Shown here: piece after piece, positions 57,411 through 64,000 of the stretch
Layout of the letters: every line of letters begins with the position of its first letter
Numbering within the stretch: the first letter of the stretch is position 1
NCBI GenBank assembly: GCA_040880975.1
Contig: JBBEEC010000058.1
Location: 4,299 to 68,298 of the forward strand
DNA length: 64,000 nucleotides
From: Bacteroidota bacterium
GTDB lineage: Bacteria; Bacteroidota; Ignavibacteria; UBA10030
Direction of reading: 5' to 3'
Made by a program: the position numbers and the translations under genes
The notes under the pieces: generated by a model
What the model was told of the DNA's origin: nothing
What the model saw: only the letters and a program-made list of their open reading frames with translations
Database searches by the model: none

Positions 57411-59040
57411 ATCTTTTCCCAACCGCCTCTTCCAGCATCGAACGGTCTCCCGTCATCTCCCAATAAATCAGCGAAACAGGGATGATCCCCGCCCCGTTGT
57501 ATTCATCCATAAAATTCCTCAAAATAAATTTCCCCTCGCGCTGTCTTGCATATTCGGCAATGAGTCTTTCGATCTGGATCTTTCCACTGATGTAGCTCGA
57601 TTCGTATCCCGGTTGCTGAAGATAAAAATGCTCTTCTCCCTGGATTGTCTCGCCGTCTGCAGGAAGGAGTCCCCAGGGAGTCCATTTCGATGCGAACTTC
57701 GTGGCTTCGTCGATGGTCATTTCAAGGCCGTGTTGGTACAGGCCGCCGAGGGCGCGGGCCGCGCGTTGAGCCAGGAGTACCCAGACAAGCTCACGGGCCC
57801 GCGGCTTCGAGTCCAGCAGTCCCGCATGCATCATCATTTCCTCCATGCCTGTGGCCATTCCCTCAGCGCGGCTGTCGAAAATGTTCTCGATGAGCGGAAC
57901 CCTTCGAATGGGGCTCCTCTGCGGCTCTTCCCGCATACGGGCGAGATCGATCCAATGATAGTCGTGTGTCCGCATCATGATCGGCTCGCGGTACGTGATC
58001 TCGGAGAAGAATCCGCGCAGGCCTGTGGATGGCGAAAAGCGTCCGATACGGGCCCGGAGTGCGGCGTCCATGTATTCTTTGATGGTGACGATCTCTTCGT
58101 TTTCGAGAAACTGCATATACTCGGTCACAGCGGCGTTCAGCCGGTGATCATATTCCTCTGCGCTTTCGATCTTCGCATGCCCCGGTAAGCGGCGATTTCT
58201 GTGTTCCTGCAAACGAAGTGAAGCATGCGCCCGCGCAAGCTCGCGCTGCATGATGAGAACATGGTCGTTCCAAGTGTAGGGGACAAGGTGAACGTTGTGC
58301 AGATTCCAGGTGTAATTGTCTTTTCCGACACCGGATTTGCCAGTTTTCTTTGATGCTTCGCCGGTCAGCCACACGGCAAATCGATCCGATTCTGCTTTGG
58401 CCTCGAGGGCTGCCTTGGCCAGATCCGGATGAGAGAATGCGACAGATTTCGCAAAAGCCGTAAGCTCATCGCTTTGACCCTGAATGGCGCGGGCACCGTA
58501 GGTCCAGAGATCGCGGCCGTTGCCTGTCAGATTTTTTCTTGCCTGTTGATAGACGCGTCCGATCCCACGCAACCGCGCCGCGATTTCCGACGCATCCGTT
58601 TTGGAAAGCGGCTGATGGAAATTGGGCAATTCAATGGCGCCGTGGATGTTCGGACCTTCGCGTTCCGGAACATCGGTAGGCCACATATAGAACCATTGAT
58701 AGAAAGCCGGATCATTTGCCCATGGCCGCGTGACACGATCGGTAAAATCATAGCCGTTCATTTCGGCCCAAACGATGTACCAGTCTACCTGAAGTCCGAT
58801 CGGCCAATGGCTGGTATCGATCGCCGCGAGCCGCTTTTGCCATCCCGGAAGTTCCCGGTATTTCTGCGCCATGGCATCCGCAGAATAATCCGGGATACCG
58901 TTGGCCACTTGCGGTACCTGAAAGGCGCGCCATTCGGCAAATAGTGTCGTGAGAGCCCTGTACGACGGCGGTTCGGCTTCCTGTGCGGAAGCAACTCCAA
59001 AGAAGGAGAGGAGCAGTCCAATAATAGTTGATTTCAGCAC
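57409..59040 (-). CDS. DUF885-like exported protein
   Basis: Signal peptide; RAEGMAT..EE, QRAARA and QPGYESSYISGKIQIE patterns. Confidence 0.7.
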   Translation of the reverse strand: MLKSTIIGLLLSFFGVASAQEAEPPSYRALTTLFAEWRAFQVPQVANGIPDYSADAMAQKYRELPGWQKRLAAIDTSHWPIGLQVDWYIVWAEMNGYDFTDRVTRPWANDPAFYQWFYMWPTDVPEREGPNIHGAIELPNFHQPLSKTDASEIAARLRGIGRVYQQARKNLTGNGRDLWTYGARAIQGQSDELTAFAKSVAFSHPDLAKAALEAKAESDRFAVWLTGEASKKTGKSGVGKDNYTWNLHNVHLVPYTWNDHVLIMQRELARAHASLRLQEHRNRRLPGHAKIESAEEYDHRLNAAVTEYMQFLENEEIVTIKEYMDAALRARIGRFSPSTGLRGFFSEITYREPIMMRTHDYHWIDLARMREEPQRSPIRRVPLIENIFDSRAEGMATGMEEMMMHAGLLDSKPRARELVWVLLAQRAARALGGLYQHGLEMTIDEATKFASKWTPWGLLPADGETIQGEEHFYLQQPGYESSYISGKIQIERLIAEYARQREGKFILRNFMDEYNGAGIIPVSLIYWEMTGDRSMLEEAVGKR

Positions 59041-59064
59041 GATCCGTTCCTTTCTGCTATCAGG

Positions 59065-59310
59065 TTATCGCCGGCGTGATTTCGCGAGCAGGCGGAGGAT
59101 CTCAATGTACAGCCAGATGAGCGTGACCATGAGTCCAAATGCCCCGTACCATTCCATGTATTTCGGCGCTTTGCTTTCCACTCCGCGTTCAATGAAATCA
59201 AAATCCACGACGAGGTTCATGGAAGCGATGGCAACGACGAAGAGGCTGAAGATGATTCCGCCGACAGAACTATCGTTCACCAGCGGGAGCGTGATCCCGA
59301 AAAGCGAAAA
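59065..59310 (-). pseudogene. C-terminal fragment of a Bax inhibitor-1/YccA-like membrane protein
   Basis: NLVVDFDFIERGV..APKYMEWYGAFGLMVTLIWLYIEILRLL; the N-terminal part is missing. Confidence 0.85.
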
Positions 59311-59312
59311 TC

Positions 59313-59636
59313 CTATTCCAACCGCGTCTGCGTGCCGATCATTCCGCTTTGCAGATCCTGAAAGACAAATTCCTGAAGCGTCAATTTGATGATCTTCTTG
59401 GTCTGTATACCCAACGTCGGATCCTGAAAATCTATGATCAGAAGGCTGTCTTTGAGCACGTAGGGGTGCTCCTTCATGTCAAATTCAAAGAGAATGGTGC
59501 TGTCTTGCACGAGCATGTCGAAGCTCGGTCCTCCCGAAGTCCAGGCGCCCTTCAGAAGGCGGCGGTCAATCCCGGTTTCCTGAAACCCAATGCCCAGGAA
59601 AAAAACCAGCAAGAGGTTAAACAGGTATTTGTTCAA
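59313..59636 (-). CDS. Exported hypothetical protein
   Basis: GGAG RBS, TTG start, hydrophobic N-terminus and LKGAW (lipocalin-like GxW). Confidence 0.6.
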   Translation of the reverse strand: MNKYLFNLLLVFFLGIGFQETGIDRRLLKGAWTSGGPSFDMLVQDSTILFEFDMKEHPYVLKDSLLIIDFQDPTLGIQTKKIIKLTLQEFVFQDLQSGMIGTQTRLE

Positions 59637-59648
59637 AAGGTGTCTCCC

Positions 59649-60071
59649 TCAATTCTTTGCAGTCAGCCGAATGACGATCTCATCGACGTACTCGGCGCTT
59701 GCTGTTATGGAAACGGGCGATCGGTCGTAACGCCAGAGCGTAAAGCCGGGTTTGTAAACAAAGAGGAGGCTGTACACAGCGGTGTCTCTTGCGCTCAAAA
59801 AGAAAACAAACTCGAACGATCCCTGCTGATCCGTCGTTTTGGCGACAAGAAGGCTGTTTGGCGCAGCGACGTCCACGGAATCATGCACGAAAATAAGCGA
59901 GTCCGGTACCGTCGGGTTGCGATACCCGACGACCGCGTCCGCAAGAGGCGCACCCGAAACAGAGTCGATCACCTGACCCCTGAGGAAAAAGCTCTGGTCG
60001 CTCACCGGCTGGTTTGTATCGCAGGCAAGCGAGAGAAAGCAAGCGGCAGTGATTGTCAATCTCGCGGTCAT
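59649..60071 (-). CDS. Lipoprotein with carboxypeptidase-regulatory-like domain
   Basis: Lipobox SLA-C; GQVIDSVSGAPLADA, TTDQQGSF and KPGF. Confidence 0.75.
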   Translation of the reverse strand: MTARLTITAACFLSLACDTNQPVSDQSFFLRGQVIDSVSGAPLADAVVGYRNPTVPDSLIFVHDSVDVAAPNSLLVAKTTDQQGSFEFVFFLSARDTAVYSLLFVYKPGFTLWRYDRSPVSITASAEYVDEIVIRLTAKN

Positions 60072-60202
60072 CGGCCGGGACCACTCCGAGAAAGCATCAA
60101 GGCCGCATCATCTTGCGTCCTGATACGTGCGAAGAAACGGCCTGCCAACGGCCGTCGCGTTTCAACAGGCCATTCGACGAGCTGTAGGTCACATAGGTCC
60201 AT

Positions 60203-60243
60203 TCACCCTCTCACCTTCCCACCCTCTTATTCCTCTCACCCTC
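60203..60243. repeat. C-rich (ACCCTCTC)-type tract, inverted partner of 56735-56778
   Basis: caccctctcaccttcccaccctc; its reverse complement matches 56755-56777 at 21/23. Confidence 0.7.
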
Positions 60244-60256
60244 ATACACTCTTTCT

Positions 60257-62284
60257 TCACCTCCAATTCCAGATTTTCGCCCGCTTGTCGGCAGCAAGAT
60301 ACATCGTTCCCTCGGGCCCGCATCCGAACGCATCGTACCATTCCTGCATGTTCACGACGGGGCCATTCGTTCGGAATTCAGCCGGGGAGTGTGGATCGGT
60401 TTTCACCTGGAGCCGCAATTGCTCGGGCCGGTTGTTCCGACGCCAGACTTGAGCCCACGACAGGAAAAAGCGTTGCTGGGGTGTGAACCCGTCAATCAAG
60501 GGAGTTTCTTTTCCCTTCAAGGAATTCATCAGAGCCGTGTAGGCAAGCGCAAGTCCGCCCAAGTCTCCAATGTTCTCGCCCATCGTCAATTTTCCGTTCA
60601 CAGGGAGCGAATCGAGCACTGTGTAGCCGTCGAACTGGGTGCCGAGGACGGCGGTCCGTTCCTCGAACTTCTTCCGTGTTTCCGCGGTCCACCACATTTT
60701 CAGATTTCCATCGGCGTCAAATTTGCTGCCCTGGTCGTCGAATCCGTGTGAGATCTCATGGCCGATCACGGCTCCCATTCCGCCATAGTTGACTGCATCA
60801 TCGGCTTTGAAATCGAAGAACGGGTGCTGAAGGATGCCGGCGGGAAACACAATCTCATTCCGCGTGGAGCTATAGTACGCGTTCACGGTCGGCGGTGTCA
60901 TGCCCCATTCAGTCTTGTCGACGGGTTTCCCGATCTTGTCGAGGTTAAAGGCCACACTGAACGCGGACGCGCGGCGGAGATTTTCGAAGTAGGAATTCCG
61001 ATCGATGTCAAGCTTGGAATAATCGCGCCATTTATCCGGATAGCCGATCTTCACGCCGAACGAATTGAGTTTCTTCAGCGCCGCGGCCTTTGTGGAGTCA
61101 TCCATCCAGTCGAGCTTCGCAATATGTTCCCGCATGGCCTCCTTGAGGTTGTTCACCATTTCAAGCGCTTTGGCCTTGGCTTCCGGTGGAAAGGCCCGTG
61201 CGACATACATCTCGCCCAGAACCTCACCCAGGCGGCCGTTGATGACGGCGCGGATACGCTTCCATCGCGGCTGGAGTTCCTTGGCCCCCGTTAGTGTCGT
61301 GCCAAAGAACCGGAAATCTTCGTTCACGAAGGCGGAACTCAGAGAAGGCGCCGCAGCATTGATCACCCGCCATTTCAGATAGGCTTTCCAATCTCCGACC
61401 GGAACCTCGCGTATCATCGCGCTGACTTCCTTGAAGAACTCGGGCTGACCGACGTTGACGTCGTTTGGTTTCTGCCAGCCGGCTCCTTCAAAAAAGCGCA
61501 TCCATCCGAAATGCGGGGCGAGCTCGGTCAGCTGTTTCTGGGTCATTTTGTTGTAATTTTTGTCGGGATCACGCCGCTCGACGCGCGTACGGGAAGACTT
61601 CGCGAGGCGCGTCTCGAATGCCATGACCGCCTGCGCATTTGCCTCCGCCGTTGCTTCATCGGCACCGATCAGGCGAAACATGGCCGTAACGTGCGCGACA
61701 TACTCTTCGCTGTTCTTCTTCGATTTGTCGTCCTGCTCGAAATAATAATCGCGGTCCGGCAGGCCCAATCCGCCCTGGCTCAGAGCTCCGATGACCTGTG
61801 TGCTGTTCTTCGCATCGATCGTGGAGAAGAACCCGAACAATCCGCCGACACCCATGGAATGGAGCCGCGCGAGTTCTTTCTGCGCGCCTGCTGCGTCTTT
61901 CAGCGCGTCGATGCGCCTCAGGTCTCCCGCAATGGGTTTCCAGCCGAGGGCTTCGATGGCGGCAGAATCCATTCCTGTGGCATAAAAATCTCCGACCTTC
62001 TGCACGCCGCTCCCTTTCTTGGCCTTCGTTTCTTTGGCGGCTTCTTCCAGAATGACCCTCAGCACCTCGTTGTTCTTTTCCGAGAGTTCAGTGAAACTCC
62101 CCCAACTGCTGAAGGCATTGGGAATGGGGGTATTTTTCAGCCAGGTCCCGTTTGAGTAGTAGTAGAAATTGTCACACGGTTTGACGGAACGATCCATGTT
62201 GGCAGGATCGATCGGCTTGTATTCCTGTGCTATTCCAAGAGAAACAACCAGAATGCACAGAAGAAAGAAATGGATGAATTTCAT
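60257..62284 (-). CDS. M13 family metallopeptidase (PepO/neprilysin-like)
   Basis: PCDNFY, GLPDRDYY, IGYPD, VNAYY, GHEISHGFDD, GENIGD and DPHSP. Confidence 0.96.
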   Translation of the reverse strand: MKFIHFFLLCILVVSLGIAQEYKPIDPANMDRSVKPCDNFYYYSNGTWLKNTPIPNAFSSWGSFTELSEKNNEVLRVILEEAAKETKAKKGSGVQKVGDFYATGMDSAAIEALGWKPIAGDLRRIDALKDAAGAQKELARLHSMGVGGLFGFFSTIDAKNSTQVIGALSQGGLGLPDRDYYFEQDDKSKKNSEEYVAHVTAMFRLIGADEATAEANAQAVMAFETRLAKSSRTRVERRDPDKNYNKMTQKQLTELAPHFGWMRFFEGAGWQKPNDVNVGQPEFFKEVSAMIREVPVGDWKAYLKWRVINAAAPSLSSAFVNEDFRFFGTTLTGAKELQPRWKRIRAVINGRLGEVLGEMYVARAFPPEAKAKALEMVNNLKEAMREHIAKLDWMDDSTKAAALKKLNSFGVKIGYPDKWRDYSKLDIDRNSYFENLRRASAFSVAFNLDKIGKPVDKTEWGMTPPTVNAYYSSTRNEIVFPAGILQHPFFDFKADDAVNYGGMGAVIGHEISHGFDDQGSKFDADGNLKMWWTAETRKKFEERTAVLGTQFDGYTVLDSLPVNGKLTMGENIGDLGGLALAYTALMNSLKGKETPLIDGFTPQQRFFLSWAQVWRRNNRPEQLRLQVKTDPHSPAEFRTNGPVVNMQEWYDAFGCGPEGTMYLAADKRAKIWNWR

Positions 62285-62371
62285 AAAGAGGCCTCGATAG
62301 TTGAAGGGTGTGGATATTGAAGGTATTGTTGCCGGAGTGGCTGGCGCGCATTGCTTGAGGAGCATCTATCG

Positions 62372-63499
62372 TCAAGTCATTTTGGTGAGTTGGGCGGCCA
62401 CATGCTTTTGAAATGACGGGTTAACAGTGGTGCTCATGCTGAGTTCATAGGTAAGCTTGTGAGGGGAAAACGTGTAGGTCCGCCCGGACCGGATCATGCG
62501 ATCATCGTTCACAATCGAAACGCTTGTCAACGGAAGCTCGAGGGTGTTCGGGTCCATTCTTCTCGCTTTGCCTCTCAAAATCTCCATCCGGCCGCTTTTC
62601 TGCGCGCTCACGAGCTCAAAGATTCCGCCGCCTTTGTCGAGCAGAAAACCGCTTTCCCAGAAGAGCGGTTCCCGGCTCCCTGCACCCGTCGACTTGATCC
62701 ATGTCTTTTGCTCAAAATGGATCACCGGGTCTTTTTTATTGTCGGTGAAGGTCAATTCCTCGGAATATTCCACGACACTCTTCTGCTCCGAGAAAAGAAC
62801 ACCGGGAGTGTCAAAGATGTATCGGCCTGTCAACGGATTCCGGGATGGAAACCACCCATTGTTGACAAACACGACAGCATACACGGTTGACCCCAAGAGT
62901 GGGGGCGAAAGGCTTTGGAAGTCATAGAAATTGAAATTGATGGAGTCAGCGTCGACAATGCGAGAGAAGATGTAGTCGAATTCAAATGGTACGAATGAAG
63001 TGTCCATTGGCGATCTGGAGACCATGACAGTGAGGACCCGTTCAAAGGAGCTTGACGATCCGACGGCTCCGTAGATTCCCACGGAGTTCCCCGGTGACAA
63101 CGTCAACGAATCACAATGAACACTTATTGAAGACACTTCACTAACGTGAATATTGTCAAAAAAATAGGTTCCGCCGCCGGCAACAAATTGAAAGTTGTAG
63201 ATGTTTTCGGTAAAGCAGCCCCGTTTTGTAAATTTAGCGGAATAGACACCCATCGGCACCTGCGTAAGTTCCCAGGATCCATCCGCAAGGGTAATCGTTG
63301 AGAGATTGTGCGGCTGAAACAAAACAGTCACACCGCCGGCGTCTTGAGCAGGTGTGCGAGGAGAGAGATCGGGGTAGAGGGAAACAATTCCACGAATGGT
63401 TCCCGGCAGAACAGGTTGGCCTGGAGGGCCTGCGGGCCCCGTTGTGCCTTTACAGCCGAGCACGAGAACCGCAGAAAGAAGAACCAAATGGGGTTTCAT
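62372..63499 (-). CDS. Lipoprotein fused in frame to a nitrobindin/THAP4-like (DUF1794) barrel fragment
   Basis: Lipobox VLG-C, short collagen-like GxxGxxG and carboxypeptidase-regulatory-like domain; from about 62775 YSEELTF..EQKTW..WESGF..HVAAQL. Confidence 0.7.
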   Translation of the reverse strand: MKPHLVLLSAVLVLGCKGTTGPAGPPGQPVLPGTIRGIVSLYPDLSPRTPAQDAGGVTVLFQPHNLSTITLADGSWELTQVPMGVYSAKFTKRGCFTENIYNFQFVAGGGTYFFDNIHVSEVSSISVHCDSLTLSPGNSVGIYGAVGSSSSFERVLTVMVSRSPMDTSFVPFEFDYIFSRIVDADSINFNFYDFQSLSPPLLGSTVYAVVFVNNGWFPSRNPLTGRYIFDTPGVLFSEQKSVVEYSEELTFTDNKKDPVIHFEQKTWIKSTGAGSREPLFWESGFLLDKGGGIFELVSAQKSGRMEILRGKARRMDPNTLELPLTSVSIVNDDRMIRSGRTYTFSPHKLTYELSMSTTVNPSFQKHVAAQLTKMT

Positions 63500-63886
63500 G
63501 GACGTCAACCTCCTCTTCGTTCGCCCGAACCAATAAGCGGATCGGAAATGCCGTTATTGATTTGTCCAGTCTTCAAGAATTTACTTTTTTGCGCAAAGAG
63601 ATTCAACCCGGTTTGTGGCGGTTTTCAGCCGGATCTCTGTTCATGAGGGAAGTGCATCCTGGCGCCGCTCATTTCGGGAATATCTGTCCCAACAGCTGGG
63701 GTCTGCCCGCGTGGCTCCGCATGTCCGCCGATCTTTCTTGACCGCCATCTTTGTAGCGATGTGGCGGATCAGTTTAGCACCGGTTATACAGCAGCGCACC
63801 TCAATTCGCGGATTTTACTCCGAGCACCCCCGTGCTTGATTATATCAAAATTAGGTATTAATTTGCGCATACCCTTAGGAGAACTT

Positions 63887-64000
63887 ATGCCAATCATCAA
63901 ATCCATCTCAAGTTTGAGAAATCGTACACGGGAAATCGCTGAACTGTGCCATGACCAGGATGAACCCGTGTATTTGACGACAAATGGTGAAGGTGACCTC
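63887..64000 (+). CDS. Phd/YefM family antitoxin; partial, runs off the window end
   Basis: AGGAG RBS; MPIIKSISSLRNRTREIAELCHDQDEPVYLTTNGEGDL. Confidence 0.85.
   Translation, partial: MPIIKSISSLRNRTREIAELCHDQDEPVYLTTNGEGDL

Noticed and set aside
56966-57485. ORFs with repeated SACPEFCFRG / PRKQNSGQAD peptides
   Set aside because: These are translations of the DNA repeat and overlap the real DUF2277 gene.
59040-64000. Integron cassette array (short orphans plus a TA gene)
   Set aside because: I could not find RYYYAAC...GTTRRRY attC structures between the genes, and no intI is in the window.
1-64000. rRNA, tRNA, reverse transcriptase/DGR, transposase or anti-phage defence genes
   Set aside because: None recognised by eye. 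The only TA component is the partial antitoxin at the right edge.

Overview
This is a gene-dense chromosomal window of about 60 CDS, most of them on the minus strand. The gene content suggests an Ignavibacteria/Bacteroidota-Chlorobi-group bacterium (inference): TonB receptor, lipoproteins, a T9SS type-B-like C-terminal signal, but canonical TTGACA/TATAAT-type promoters. I recognised no rRNA, tRNA, integrase, transposase, Cas or phage structural genes. The central part (about 9-48 kb) is mostly housekeeping: a TPP-riboswitch-controlled thiamine uptake operon, suhB, a PPi-type PFK, pdp, NUDIX, mscS, pyrE, phhB, def, murI and glnD. Both ends (about 0-9 kb and 48-64 kb) are accessory and carry truncated or fused genes. 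The most notable observations are: (1) nested inverted short-period repeat tracts bracketing gene blocks at 56.7-60.2 kb; (2) a 25-26 nt palindromic mini-element inserted three times, in phase, into a heptamer array; (3) a TPR/barrel-GT2-GH26 operon that looks like a PilZ-less synthase-dependent polysaccharide system; (4) a stand-alone XRE-S24 repressor with a visible operator over its own promoter; (5) a probable ATC start codon for pdp; and (6) a ferredoxin-fold membrane protein that has lost cluster cysteines. All family calls come from motif recognition by eye, not from database searches.
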